Origin: an uncultured Gemmatimonadaceae bacterium
GTDB taxonomy: Bacteria; Gemmatimonadota; Gemmatimonadetes; Gemmatimonadales; Gemmatimonadaceae
Length of the DNA: 64,000 nt
Reading direction: 5' to 3'
Assembly: GCA_963740355.1 (NCBI GenBank)
Contig: CAVUDW010000002.1
Coordinates: 1,952,001-2,016,000 of the forward strand
Numbering within the stretch: position 1 is the stretch's first letter; each line of letters opens with the position of its first letter. Of this stretch, positions 48,587 through 58,988 are shown in pieces. The notes beneath the pieces were generated by a model. It searched no databases. It saw only the letters and a program-made list of their open reading frames with translations, and was not told where the DNA came from. Position numbers and translations under genes: made by a program.

Positions 48587-48920
48587 CGCGGAGCCGCGGG
48601 GGACGCGGAGCCGCGGGGGAAAAGCGGGGAAAGGCGGGGAAAGGCGGGGAGAAGCGGGGTAAAGGCGGGGAAAGCTGGGGAAGGGCGATCGTACCCTCGC
48701 CAAGCGCCGTTCCCTCAATGCCTTTGCAGTTCCCCGCGGCTCCGCGTCCCCCTCGGCTCCGCGTGAGGTCGTGTGGACGGCCAGGCGACGGATACGGAGC
48801 GTCGCAAGCGCGGAGGCTGGTGGAGTGGGTCAAGCGGGAAACGCGGATGGAGCGTGAGGTCGTGTGAACGGCCAGGCGACGGAAACGGGGCGTCAGCAGC
48901 GCGGAGCCCCGAGGCTGCGG
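48587..48920. repeat. Family E inverted-repeat element enclosing a ~10-bp (aaggcgggga) tandem tract
   Basis: Arms at 48587-48619 and 48732-48763; further direct duplication at 48762 and 48854. Confidence 0.85.
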
Positions 48921-49007
48921 GGCATGAAGCCCGGCGGTACGGTGGCTATCTTTGGACTCTGCCCGTACGTCCGGGCGCCCCAATGAGCCCCTACGCGCTA
49001 CCCATAT

Positions 49008-50225
49008 ATGTCGTCCCCTGAACTCACGCCGGTCATCGTCGCTGCCAAGCGCACCCCGATCGGGAAATACCTCGGCGGACTCGCCAGCCTCACCGGCCCG
49101 CAGCTCGGTGGACATGCCATTGCCGCCGCCCTGGCCGCCAGCGGCGTGCCAGCCGAGCTCGTCGAAGAAGTCATCATGGGGCACGTGCTGCAGGGAGGCA
49201 CCGGCCAGGCGCCTGCCAGGCAGGCCGCACTGCTCGGTGGTGTACCCGTGACTGCGTCGGCGCTGGCCATCAACAAGGTCTGTGGCTCTGGACTCAAGGC
49301 CGTCATGCTCGCGTCACAGGCCATCAAGGCCGGCGACCGCTCCGTGCTCATCGCCGGCGGACAGGAAAGCATGTCCAATGCGCCACACTACATGTATGGC
49401 ATCCGCGGTGGTGTGAAGATCGGTGACCAGAACCTCGTCGACGGCATGATCCGCGACGGGTTGTACTGTGCATCGTACCACTGCCACATGGGTGGACACG
49501 CTGAACACACGGCGCAGAAGGGTGGCGTCAGTCGCGCCGACCAGGATGCGTTTTCGGCAGAGAGCCACCAGAAGGCAGTGCGTGCACAGGCCGCCGGGAA
49601 GTTCACCACCGAGATCGTGCCAATCAGCATTCCCGGCCGGAAGGGGGCGACCGTCGTCAGCGCCGACGAAGGACCACGCGCCGATACCACGGCCGAGTCT
49701 CTCGCAGCGCTCAAGCCCGCCTTTCCGAAGGATGCGCCGAAAGAAGTCAGCGCCACTGAACTCAGCGTCACCGCCGGGAACGCGTCGTCATTGAACGACG
49801 GTGGCGCGGCACTCGTGATCACCAGCGAAGCCGTCGCACGCGCGCATGGCCTCACCATTCTCGCCCGCGTCAGCGGATATGCGACCGGCGCCGTCGATCC
49901 CAAGGAACTGTTCTTCGCGCCGATCACCGCGGTGAAGAACCTGATGAAGAAGTCCGGCACCAGCATCGGTGACTACGGCCTGATCGAAGCCAACGAAGCC
50001 TTCGCCTCGCAGTCGTTGGCCGATGGACGTGGACTCGGCTGGGACTGGGATCGCGTCAACGTGAACGGCGGCGCGATTGCGCTTGGGCATCCCATCGGCG
50101 CCAGCGGCGCGCGGGTGCTCGTCACGCTGCTGCACGCGATGATCGACCGTGATGTCGCCACCGGACTCGCCACGCTCTGCCTTGGTGGTGGCGACGCCGT
50201 CGCGCTGTCCGTCGAACGGGTCTGA
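49008..50225 (+). CDS. Acetyl-CoA C-acetyltransferase (thiolase)
   Basis: [20 protein letters not shown] and CLGGG motifs. Confidence 0.96.
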   Translation: MSSPELTPVIVAAKRTPIGKYLGGLASLTGPQLGGHAIAAALAASGVPAELVEEVIMGHVLQGGTGQAPARQAALLGGVPVTASALAINKVCGSGLKAVMLASQAIKAGDRSVLIAGGQESMSNAPHYMYGIRGGVKIGDQNLVDGMIRDGLYCASYHCHMGGHAEHTAQKGGVSRADQDAFSAESHQKAVRAQAAGKFTTEIVPISIPGRKGATVVSADEGPRADTTAESLAALKPAFPKDAPKEVSATELSVTAGNASSLNDGGAALVITSEAVARAHGLTILARVSGYATGAVDPKELFFAPITAVKNLMKKSGTSIGDYGLIEANEAFASQSLADGRGLGWDWDRVNVNGGAIALGHPIGASGARVLVTLLHAMIDRDVATGLATLCLGGGDAVALSVERV

Positions 50226-50252
50226 GCCACGCAGGGCAGTCACGCCGTCGCG

Positions 50253-51185
50253 GTGTCTACATCGTTGCTTGACCGGATCGCCTACGTCCGACCGTATCGA
50301 TTGCGGTCGGGCTGGCGAATCACGCTGTTCGTGCTGGCCGGGTTCGCCGCGTCGAACGTCGGCGTGCCCTTGGTGGCGATGGGGTTGCCCGTTGCCAGCA
50401 TGCCGTGGGTCCGCCCGCTGCTCGAGTGCCTCGCGGTCCTGTTTGCGACACGCTACGCCACGCGCACCATCGACAAGACCGACTGGAGTGCGGTCGGGTT
50501 GGGAAGCGAGGCGTGGCGTCCCCGGGTTCTGCTTCTGGGTGCAGCGAGCGGGGCCTTGGCCATCGCCTTGCCTATTGGGCTGCTGATCGCGCTCGGCGAC
50601 CTCACCTTCGAGCCGGCGCCCGTGAACGAAGTCGGCCGCACCCTGCTGCTCTCGGTGGCAGTTCTGGCGCCAGCGGCGTTCACCGAAGAGCTGTTGATGC
50701 GCGGCTACCCCTTTGCCGTTCTGTCCGGCACCTGGGGCTGGCCCGTTGCGACAGGGGTCACCTCAGTCGTCTTCGGGCTGCTGCACCTCGGTAATCCAGG
50801 CGCTTCGCCGATCGCGATCGCGAACGTGATGGCGGCCGGGGTGTTTCTGGCCGGTGTCCGGGTGCTGACGGGGAGCCTCGCAGCGGCCTGGGCAGCGCAT
50901 TTCATGTGGAACTGGACCATGTCGGCCGGATTCCACACCGCAGTGAGCGGACTGCCGTTCGGCACGCCGGGGTATCGGTTGGTCGATACTGGTCCGGATT
51001 GGCTCTCCGGAGGGGCGTGGGGTCCGGAGGGAGGCGTGGTTGCAGCGGTTGGCATGATTGGCACGTTCGCCGGTTTGTCGTGGGCGACGGGTCGTACTCG
51101 ACGTGCGGGCGCTCTGCCTGTCGCGTCTTCAACTGTTTCCAAAAATTCGGGTGGTCTGGCCGACACCCAGGAGCACGAGGCATGA
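50253..51185 (+). CDS. CPBP (CAAX protease-like) intramembrane glutamic endopeptidase
   Basis: EELLMRG, FGLLH, H..WN and GPEGG motifs. Confidence 0.9.
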   Translation: MSTSLLDRIAYVRPYRLRSGWRITLFVLAGFAASNVGVPLVAMGLPVASMPWVRPLLECLAVLFATRYATRTIDKTDWSAVGLGSEAWRPRVLLLGAASGALAIALPIGLLIALGDLTFEPAPVNEVGRTLLLSVAVLAPAAFTEELLMRGYPFAVLSGTWGWPVATGVTSVVFGLLHLGNPGASPIAIANVMAAGVFLAGVRVLTGSLAAAWAAHFMWNWTMSAGFHTAVSGLPFGTPGYRLVDTGPDWLSGGAWGPEGGVVAAVGMIGTFAGLSWATGRTRRAGALPVASSTVSKNSGGLADTQEHEA

Positions 51186-52036
51186 GCGACCGCATCGCGG
51201 TCATTGGCGCAGGGCAGATGGGCAACGGCATCGCCCACGTCTTCGCGCAGTCGGGTTTTCCGGTCACCATGATCGATGTCTCCGCCGCCGCCCTCGACAA
51301 GGGTGTCGCGACGATCGGCAAGAACCTCGAGCGACAGGTGAAGAAGGGCACCATCGACGCCGCCGCGCAGGCCGCGACACTGGCGCGCATCAGCACCGCC
51401 ACCGAACTCGCCGCGGCGTCGGAGAGCACGGTGATCATCGAGGCCGCGACTGAAAATGTCACCCTCAAGTTCGACATCTTCTCCAAGCTCGACGCCATCG
51501 CCGCGCCAGGCGCGATCCTCGCCAGCAACACCAGTTCGATCTCGATCACGCAGATCGCAGCGCGCACCAAGCGCCCCGCGGACGTGATCGGCATGCATTT
51601 CATGAATCCCGTGCCGGTGATGCAACTGGTGGAAGTCATTCGTGGCATCGCTACCAGCGACGAAACCACCGCCCGCACCGTCGCACTCGCGACTGCAGTC
51701 GGCAAGACGCCCTGTGAAGCGAACGACTTCCCTGGCTTCATCGCGAATCGCATCCTGATGCCGATGATCAACGAGGCCTTCTACTGCCTGATGGAAGGCG
51801 TCGGCACCGCGGAGTCGATCGACACCGTGATGAAGCTCGGCATGAATCATCCGATGGGCCCACTCACGCTGGCTGACTTCATCGGACTCGACACCTGTGT
51901 CGCCATCCTCGATGTGCTGCACAAGGGCATCGGCGATCCGAAGTACCGCGCCTGCCCATTGCTGCGGAAGTACGTGGACGCCGGTTGGCTGGGCAAGAAG
52001 TCCGGTCGCGGTGTCTACAACTACGCGACGGCCTGA
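51182..52036 (+). CDS. hbd: 3-hydroxybutyryl-CoA dehydrogenase
   Basis: GAGQMGNG, SNTSS, GMHFMNP and PMGPL motifs. Confidence 0.93.
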   Translation: MSDRIAVIGAGQMGNGIAHVFAQSGFPVTMIDVSAAALDKGVATIGKNLERQVKKGTIDAAAQAATLARISTATELAAASESTVIIEAATENVTLKFDIFSKLDAIAAPGAILASNTSSISITQIAARTKRPADVIGMHFMNPVPVMQLVEVIRGIATSDETTARTVALATAVGKTPCEANDFPGFIANRILMPMINEAFYCLMEGVGTAESIDTVMKLGMNHPMGPLTLADFIGLDTCVAILDVLHKGIGDPKYRACPLLRKYVDAGWLGKKSGRGVYNYATA

Positions 52037-52038
52037 TC

Positions 52039-53205
52039 ATGATGCCGTCCGATGTGATATTCCCGCTCACCGAAGAGCAGCGCGAGATCAAGCGCACCGT
52101 GCGCGAGTTTGCCGCGGCCGAGGTGACACCGTTCACCGCGCAGTGGGACCGCGACAGCTATTTCGAACCAACGTTGGTGAAGAAGCTCGGTGATCTCGGC
52201 CTGCTCGGCATGCTGATCCCGGAGCAATACGACGGGCTCGGGCTCGACGCGCAGACGTACCTCATCGCGCTGGAAGAGATGTCGACACACGATGCATCGG
52301 TTGGCGTGATGATGAGTGTGCACAACTCGCTGCCCACGCAGATGATCCTCAACTACGGCACCGAGGAACAGAAGCAGCGCTGGTTGCCGCCGATGGCACG
52401 TGGCGAGATCCTCGGAGCCTTTGCGCTGTCGGAGCCCGAAGCCGGCAGCGATGCCAGCTCATTGCGCGCGCAGGCTGTGCGCGATGGTGACGACTGGATC
52501 ATCAACGGCACCAAGTCGTGGGTCACGCATGGCTCGTATGCTGGCGCGATTCTCGTCATGGCGCGCACCGATACCCCGGAGGCGCGGCGCGGCAGCAAGG
52601 GCATCTCGACCTTCATCATCACCCCCGACCTGCCTGGCTTCAGCGTCGGCAAGAAGGAAGACAAGCTTGGCATGCGCGCCAGTCCGACGGTGATGCTCAG
52701 CTTCGACGACATGCGGGTGCCGGCCGACCGGATGCTCGGCGCAGAGGGGATGGGATTCATCTACGCCATGCAGTCGCTCGATCACGGCCGACTCGGCATT
52801 GCGGCGCAGGCACTCGGCATCGCCAGCGCGGCAGCGGAAGCGGCACGTGTGTATGCGGCCGAGCGCAAGCAGTTCGGGCAGCCGATCAAGGATTTCCAGG
52901 CTGTGCAGTTCAAGCTCGCCGACATGGCCAGCCGCATCACCTCGGCGCGGGCACTGTTGTACGCCACGGCGAAGGCCAAGGATGCGGGCGAGTCCATCAC
53001 GCAGTTCGGCGCGATGTGCAAGCTTCTCGCGAGCGAGACCGCGATGTGGACCACCACCAATGCCGTGCAGATCTTCGGCGGCTATGGCTACGTGACCGAG
53101 TATCCGGTGGAGCGCCTGATGCGCGACGCCAAGGTCACGGAGATCTACGAAGGCACCTCTGAAGTCCAGCGCATCGTGATCGCGCGCGAGCTGTATCCCC
53201 GGTAA
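52039..53205 (+). CDS. Acyl-CoA dehydrogenase
   Basis: FALSEPEAGSD, NGTKSWVT, GGYGY and IYEGT motifs. Confidence 0.95.
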   Translation: MMPSDVIFPLTEEQREIKRTVREFAAAEVTPFTAQWDRDSYFEPTLVKKLGDLGLLGMLIPEQYDGLGLDAQTYLIALEEMSTHDASVGVMMSVHNSLPTQMILNYGTEEQKQRWLPPMARGEILGAFALSEPEAGSDASSLRAQAVRDGDDWIINGTKSWVTHGSYAGAILVMARTDTPEARRGSKGISTFIITPDLPGFSVGKKEDKLGMRASPTVMLSFDDMRVPADRMLGAEGMGFIYAMQSLDHGRLGIAAQALGIASAAAEAARVYAAERKQFGQPIKDFQAVQFKLADMASRITSARALLYATAKAKDAGESITQFGAMCKLLASETAMWTTTNAVQIFGGYGYVTEYPVERLMRDAKVTEIYEGTSEVQRIVIARELYPR

Positions 53206-53274
53206 GCGACTCTTCCTCATGACCGACCGACGGGCGCGTGGCGATGATGCTGCGCCATCGTCAATCTCAATAAT

Positions 53275-54354
53275 ATGAATCTCTTCGATACGATTTCTGC
53301 GATGGGCCACGAGCAGCTGGTGCTCGCCCATGACAAGTCGACTGGGTACCGCGGCATCATCGCGATCCATGACACGACCCTTGGGCCGGCGCTTGGTGGC
53401 ACGCGATTCTGGAATTACGCCAGCGATGAGGAGGCGATCACCGATGCGCTCCGCCTTGCGCGTGGCATGACGTACAAGAACGCCGTCGCAGGCCTGAACC
53501 TGGGCGGCGGCAAGAGTGTCATCATCGGCGACAATCGCACCACCAATCGCGAGATGATCTTCCGCGCCCACGGCCGCTTCGTGGACTCGCTCGGCGGACG
53601 TTATGTGACGGCCGAAGACGTTGGCACGGGTACGCTCGACATGGACTTCGTGCACATGGAGACGAACTACGTCTCCGGCTTGCAGGGGGCTTCGGGCGAC
53701 CCGTCGCCGGTCACGGCGCGCGGTGTGTTTCGCGCCATGCAGGGCACCGCGAAGTTCCGGTGGGGCAGCGATGACCTGTCGGGCAAGACCGTCGCCATTC
53801 AGGGCTGCGGCAATGTCGGGTTCAATCTCGCGCGCGAACTGCACGCCGTCGGCGCGAAGCTGATCGTGGCCGACATCGACGCCGAGCGGGTGAAGCGGGT
53901 CGTGGACGCGACCGGCGCACGCCCCGTGTCGGTGGCCGAGATTCTGGACCAGGATGCCGATATCCTCGCGCCCTGCGCTCTGGGTGGCGGGCTGAATGAC
54001 GAGACCATCCCCAAGCTGCGCGTCGAGCTGGTGGTGGGTGCCGCCAACAACCAGCTGCTCGAGGATCGCCACGGCGACATGCTGGAAGAGCGGGGGATCA
54101 CCTATGCCCCGGACTACGTGGTGAATGCCGGCGGCGTGATCAACGTCTACAGCGAGCTGGCCGGCTGGGATCGGACCCGGTCCCTCCGCAAGGCAGACGA
54201 GATCTACCAGACTATCCTTGGGGTGTTCGAGATTGCCCGCGCGGACGGCGTGAAGTCGCACGTCGCGGCTGATCGTCTGGCTGAGCGCCGGATTCAGGCC
54301 GTTCGCGGCATGGTCCGCACCTGGCCGTCGTTCCCCAACAAGTCGGAGAAGTAG
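53275..54354 (+). CDS. Leu/Phe/Val dehydrogenase
   Basis: LGPALGGTR, GMTYK, GGGK, AEDVGT and GAANNQL motifs. Confidence 0.92.
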   Translation: MNLFDTISAMGHEQLVLAHDKSTGYRGIIAIHDTTLGPALGGTRFWNYASDEEAITDALRLARGMTYKNAVAGLNLGGGKSVIIGDNRTTNREMIFRAHGRFVDSLGGRYVTAEDVGTGTLDMDFVHMETNYVSGLQGASGDPSPVTARGVFRAMQGTAKFRWGSDDLSGKTVAIQGCGNVGFNLARELHAVGAKLIVADIDAERVKRVVDATGARPVSVAEILDQDADILAPCALGGGLNDETIPKLRVELVVGAANNQLLEDRHGDMLEERGITYAPDYVVNAGGVINVYSELAGWDRTRSLRKADEIYQTILGVFEIARADGVKSHVAADRLAERRIQAVRGMVRTWPSFPNKSEK

Positions 54355-54359
54355 TCGCC

Positions 54360-54812
54360 ATGGCTGAACACATCCCGATCGGGTCGGACCACGCTGGCTT
54401 CGAGATGAAGGGGCACCTGGCCAAGGTGTTGACGAAGATGGGGTACGAGGTCGAAGACCTCGGGACCCACTCCGCCGAATCCACCGACTACGCCGATTTT
54501 GCGCATCCCGTCGCCCGGGAGGTGTCGTCTGGCGAGGCCAAACGCGGTATTCTCCTCTGCGGCACGGGGCTCGGCATGAGCTACGCGGCCAATCGCTGGC
54601 CGCATGTGCGGGCGGCGGTTGCCTGGACGCCGGAGGTGGCCAAGTTGTCGCGCGAGCACAATGACGCGAACATCCTGGTGATCCCGGCGCGTTGCATCAG
54701 TGACGAGGAAGGGGAACGGATTCTGGAAGCATGGCTCAACACACCGTTCGATGGAGGCCGGCACGAACGCCGGATCGCCAAGATCGAGCGGGCAGACGAG
54801 GGAGAAGCGTGA
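54360..54812 (+). CDS. rpiB: Ribose-5-phosphate isomerase B
   Basis: SDHAG, CGTGLG, HNDAN and GGRH motifs. Confidence 0.95.
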   Translation: MAEHIPIGSDHAGFEMKGHLAKVLTKMGYEVEDLGTHSAESTDYADFAHPVAREVSSGEAKRGILLCGTGLGMSYAANRWPHVRAAVAWTPEVAKLSREHNDANILVIPARCISDEEGERILEAWLNTPFDGGRHERRIAKIERADEGEA

Positions 54813-56110
54813 TGCAGCAGTGGAATGACTGGGACCGTTGCCCACCGGGCGCTGCGCTGCGTGCCGCCGATCCCGAGATCGCAGGGCTGATCGAAGCCGA
54901 GATCGTCCGGCAGAATGACGGCATCGAGTTGATCGCGAGCGAAAACTTCGTGTCGCCCGCCGTGATGGAGGCGATGGGTTCGCCGCTCACCAACAAGTAC
55001 GCCGAGGGGCTGCCGGGCAAGCGGTATTATGGCGGCTGCGAAGTGGTGGACAAGGTGGAGCAGCTGGCGATCGATCGTGTGAAGCAGCTTTTCAATGCCG
55101 AGCATGCCAACGTGCAGGCGCACTCCGGTGCGAGTGCCAACGCGGCAGTCTTTCTGGCATTCCTGAAGCCTGGCGACACCATCGTCGGCCTCGACCTGTC
55201 GCAGGGTGGTCACCTCACGCACGGCTCGCCGGTCAACTTCTCGGGCCTCAACTACAACGCGAAGCACTACGGCGTAACTGATGAAGGGCTCATCGATTAC
55301 GACGCGATGCGTGCAGTGGTTCGTGCCGAGAAGCCGAAGATGTTGATCGCCGGTTACAGCGCCTATTCGCGTGTGATCGACTATCAGGCTTTCCGCGATG
55401 CCGCCGATGAAGTGGGCGCGATCTTCATGGTGGACATGGCGCACTTCGCCGGTCTTGCCGCGACGGGTGTCTATCCGAGTCCGGTGCCGTTTGCCGATGT
55501 CGTCACGACCACCACGCACAAGACGTTGCGTGGTCCGCGAGGTGGCCTGATCCTGTGCAAGGAGCAGTTCGCCAAGGCGATCGACAAGGCGACCTTCCCG
55601 GGCACGCAGGGCGGTCCGCTGGAGCATGTGATCGCAGCCAAGGCCGTCGCCTTCCGCGAAGCGCTGCAGCCGGAGTTCACCGCCTATTGTCAGCAGATCG
55701 TGAGCAACGCCCGCACCCTGGCGGCCGAGTTGATCGCCATCGGCGGATCGATCGTGTCGGGCGGCACCGACAATCACCTGATGCTGATGGACCTGCGCTC
55801 ACGCGGCGTCGAGACGCTGACCGGCAAGCTGGCCGAGAATGCGCTCAATCATGCTGGCATTACGGTGAACAAGAACACCGTGCCGAAGGAGACGCGGTCG
55901 CCGTTCGTGACCAGCGGTATCCGGATCGGGACGCCGGCGGTGACCACGCGCGGGATGAAGGAGCCGGAGATGAAGCGGATCGCGTCGCTGATCGATCGTG
56001 TGTTGCAGGCGCCGGAAGACGAGGCGAACTTGCGCGCGGTCCATTCTGACGTGAAGGAGCTGGCCGCGGCGTATCCGCTCTACCCGGCGCCGGTTGGCGT
56101 GGAAGTCTGA
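54812..56110 (+). CDS. glyA: Serine hydroxymethyltransferase
   Basis: LIASEN, NKYAEG, GGHLTHG and [11 protein letters not shown] motifs. Confidence 0.97.
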   Translation: MQQWNDWDRCPPGAALRAADPEIAGLIEAEIVRQNDGIELIASENFVSPAVMEAMGSPLTNKYAEGLPGKRYYGGCEVVDKVEQLAIDRVKQLFNAEHANVQAHSGASANAAVFLAFLKPGDTIVGLDLSQGGHLTHGSPVNFSGLNYNAKHYGVTDEGLIDYDAMRAVVRAEKPKMLIAGYSAYSRVIDYQAFRDAADEVGAIFMVDMAHFAGLAATGVYPSPVPFADVVTTTTHKTLRGPRGGLILCKEQFAKAIDKATFPGTQGGPLEHVIAAKAVAFREALQPEFTAYCQQIVSNARTLAAELIAIGGSIVSGGTDNHLMLMDLRSRGVETLTGKLAENALNHAGITVNKNTVPKETRSPFVTSGIRIGTPAVTTRGMKEPEMKRIASLIDRVLQAPEDEANLRAVHSDVKELAAAYPLYPAPVGVEV

Positions 56111-56141
56111 TCCCGATGCTTTTCAGGTGAGGTAAGGCGAC

Positions 56142-56528
56142 GTGGCTGAGTTGGCGTTCAGGGAGGGCATCATGGAGCAGATTCGCTTGCGCGAGCCTCG
56201 TTTCCATGAGCACGCATTCCTTTTCGTGCTGGCGGCGCTGGAGCACAGCCAGCAGCGCCTCGCGGAGCGTCGCCATGTCTCGGGTCGCGAGCTGGCGGAG
56301 ACCTGTCGCGACCTGGCGATCGAGCGGTATGGTGTGATGTCACGCCTGGTGCTCGATCACTGGGGCATCCGTGAATCGGTACACTTCGGCGATATCGTGT
56401 TCGCGCTGGTCGACCTTGGCATGCTGATCAAGCAGCCGCACGACCAGCGCGAGGATTTTGCGGACGCCTTCGACTTCCGGCATGCGTTCGAGACGACGTA
56501 CCCGTGGCGGAACGTGCCGCAGGGGTGA
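56142..56528 (+). CDS. Minf_1886-like conserved protein
   Basis: RHVSGREL...LDHWGI...FGDIVFALV...D.REDF. Confidence 0.8.
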   Translation: MAELAFREGIMEQIRLREPRFHEHAFLFVLAALEHSQQRLAERRHVSGRELAETCRDLAIERYGVMSRLVLDHWGIRESVHFGDIVFALVDLGMLIKQPHDQREDFADAFDFRHAFETTYPWRNVPQG

Positions 56529-56558
56529 CGTCGGTCGACGCGGCGTCGCGGAGCCGAT

Positions 56559-56882
56559 TCAGCGCTCCACAACCCGGAACTGCACGCCGGCGGCCGCCAT
56601 CACTTTCATGACGGTCGCGAAGCTCGGATTCCCCTCTTCATTGAGTGACTTGTAGAGGCTTTCGCGGCCAAGGCCGGTCTTGCGCGCGATCTCCGTCATA
56701 CCGACGGCACGCGAAACGGCGCCGAGCGCGTGTGCGAAAATCTCCGAGTCTTCCGGTCCGTCGAGCAGCAGCGCATCCAGAAACAGCGCTATTTGTCGGC
56801 GGCTCTTGAGATCGCCAACAATATCAAAGGGCAGGAGCTGCAGGGATTCGGGCTTCACCTTTTTCGATCGTGTTTTGGGCAT
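56559..56882 (-). CDS. Addiction module antidote (HTH antitoxin)
   Basis: GMTEIARKTGLGRESLYKSL...GNPSFATV.KV; TGATG coupling to the toxin gene. Confidence 0.92.
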   Translation of the reverse strand: MPKTRSKKVKPESLQLLPFDIVGDLKSRRQIALFLDALLLDGPEDSEIFAHALGAVSRAVGMTEIARKTGLGRESLYKSLNEEGNPSFATVMKVMAAAGVQFRVVER

Positions 56883-57184
56883 CAGTCGGTCTCGGCGCCA
56901 GCGGCGAGGAGCGCAGCGGCAGTGCGAATGTCGCGTTGCTGTGTCGACTTGTCGCCGCCAACCAAAATAAGAATCATCGATGTGCCCCGTTCGGCGTAAT
57001 AGACACGGATTCCAGAACCGATGTCGAGCTTCATTTCGCGAACGCCACCCGACAACACGCGGTACGATCCCGGGTTCCCCTCCGCGAGCCTCCACAGCCG
57101 GCTTCGCACACGCTCCCTCACCCGGTCATCGCGTAAGGCGTCGAACCAGTTTCGGAAACGAGACGTGGTCTGAATCTCTTTCAA
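56882..57184 (-). CDS. Addiction module killer (RelE/ParE-family toxin); probable TTG start
   Basis: F..WF..LRD...RL..GNPG...GVREMK.D.G.G.RVYY...GGDKSTQ..DI. Confidence 0.92.
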   Translation of the reverse strand: MKEIQTTSRFRNWFDALRDDRVRERVRSRLWRLAEGNPGSYRVLSGGVREMKLDIGSGIRVYYAERGTSMILILVGGDKSTQQRDIRTAAALLAAGAETD

Positions 57185-57185
57185 G

Positions 57186-57205
57186 TTGTATCCTGTGAGA
57201 TACAA
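57186..57205. promoter_or_regulatory. Probable TA operator palindrome
   Basis: TTGTATC-N6-GATACAA directly upstream of the toxin start. Confidence 0.7.
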
Positions 57206-57341
57206 TGCGCAAGTGATGATTTCCGGGCCTGTGGGCGAGCCTCCGACACAACTGAGATTGCTGGATGAGGTCAGCTGTACGTCAGCGACGCGTCGCCCAT
57301 TTCGTGCAGGCCGGGAGAGTCGACGGCACTAGATTCAGCGG

Positions 57342-58988
57342 GTGCTCACCACCGCGACGCAGTTGGATTTGCCCAAAGTGTTCCCGCGTATCCCCGTCGT
57401 CACCGCCCAAGCCGCGCGTGATCTCGATGCGCGTACAATTGCGACATTGCCGGATTCGTACAGCCTGATGCGTGTTGCCGCGCAGGCCGCAGCGCGATGG
57501 CTCGATCAGCGTGACGACCGAAGTGCGGCAGTGTTCGTCGGCCCTGGCAACAACGGCGGCGATGGCTGGCTGATCGCAGGTTTGCTGCGCGCGTCAGGTT
57601 GGAACATCACCCTGCACATCGCCGAGGCTCCGCGTACTGCCGATGCCCAACGTGCGCGCCTTGAAGCGGAGCACGACGGCGAATTTGCGGCGCCAATCGG
57701 CAGAGAGACGTTGATCATCGACGCCGTGCTCGGGACCGGTGCCACCGGCGAACTGCGCGGCAGCATCAAGACCGCGATCGACGAGCTGCGGCGGGTGTCG
57801 TCGCGAGAGTCTCGCACAGTGATCGCGATCGACATTCCATCGGGCCTCGACGCGACCACCGGTGTCGATGTGGGTGCTGTGCCCGCAGATCACACCCTCA
57901 CTTTCGGCAGCGTGAAACGGGGCCAGCTGCTGCGGCGCGATGTCGTCGGCGAGCTGCACCTGCTCGACATCGGGCTGGTCGACGCCGAGCCGTCGGAAGC
58001 GCGCCTCGTCGATGCTGCATCGGTGCGTGCATGGATTCCTCCTCTGGCGCCGGATGCGTACAAGGGGACCCGTGGTCGAGTTGCAATAGTCGGTGGCGAC
58101 GCCGGCATGGCGGGCGCGATCATCATCGCCGCGCGTGGTGCACATGCGAGTGGGGCCGGGATGGTGCGCGCCGATGTCGAAGCGGAGTCGATGCTGGCGT
58201 TGCAGATCGCTGCACCGTTCGCCACGGTGCACGCGTGGCAGCACAGCGACATGTCCAACGTCGACACACGCTGGCCGGATGTGATGGTCATCGGTCCGGG
58301 CCTGGATGGCACTGATCGCGCCGTTCGCTCCTCCGTGTTGGCACTCTTGCACGCCTATGACGGGCCCGTGGTGCTCGACGCCGGCGCGCTGACGGCGTTC
58401 CGCTGGACTGCGCCAAGCGACATCGACGAGATCGACGTCGCTGACGGCACCAACTCCGATCCGCTCGATGCGCTGCGGCACGCGCTGCGCGGCCGGCCGG
58501 CGTTGCTCACGCCACATCTCGGCGAGTTCGAGCGACTCTTCGCGCCCGGCACTGCGCCACGCGATCGTTTCGACGCGCCGGCAACACTCGCCGCTCGACT
58601 AAACGCCACAGTGCTGCTCAAAGGTGTACCGACCGTCATCGCTGCACCGGATGGATCGCGCTACGTGTCCGCGACCGGCAATCCAGCGCTCGCGATGGGC
58701 GGCACCGGTGACCTCCTCTCAGGGATCGCAGGGGCATTGCTGGCGCAAGGGCTGTCGCCACTCCACGCTGGCGCTGCGGCTGCGTGGGTGCATGGCACGG
58801 CAGCCGAGCAGGCAACGCAGTCGCATGGCACCTGGCGTGGCGTGACGATGGAACTGCTCTTGCACGAGGTGAGTAACGTGTGGCCCCGACTCTTTGCGCA
58901 CGATGCTGCGCGCGATCCGTCGCAACGCCCACAATCGTCACACGCGCCGCACACATTGCTCGACCTGCCTGCAGTCCCATGCCGATGA
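57342..58988 (+). CDS. nnr: Bifunctional NAD(P)H-hydrate epimerase/dehydratase
   Basis: GPGNNGGDG, DIPSG, LTPH.GE and GGTGDLLSG motifs. Confidence 0.93.
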   Translation: MLTTATQLDLPKVFPRIPVVTAQAARDLDARTIATLPDSYSLMRVAAQAAARWLDQRDDRSAAVFVGPGNNGGDGWLIAGLLRASGWNITLHIAEAPRTADAQRARLEAEHDGEFAAPIGRETLIIDAVLGTGATGELRGSIKTAIDELRRVSSRESRTVIAIDIPSGLDATTGVDVGAVPADHTLTFGSVKRGQLLRRDVVGELHLLDIGLVDAEPSEARLVDAASVRAWIPPLAPDAYKGTRGRVAIVGGDAGMAGAIIIAARGAHASGAGMVRADVEAESMLALQIAAPFATVHAWQHSDMSNVDTRWPDVMVIGPGLDGTDRAVRSSVLALLHAYDGPVVLDAGALTAFRWTAPSDIDEIDVADGTNSDPLDALRHALRGRPALLTPHLGEFERLFAPGTAPRDRFDAPATLAARLNATVLLKGVPTVIAAPDGSRYVSATGNPALAMGGTGDLLSGIAGALLAQGLSPLHAGAAAAWVHGTAAEQATQSHGTWRGVTMELLLHEVSNVWPRLFAHDAARDPSQRPQSSHAPHTLLDLPAVPCR

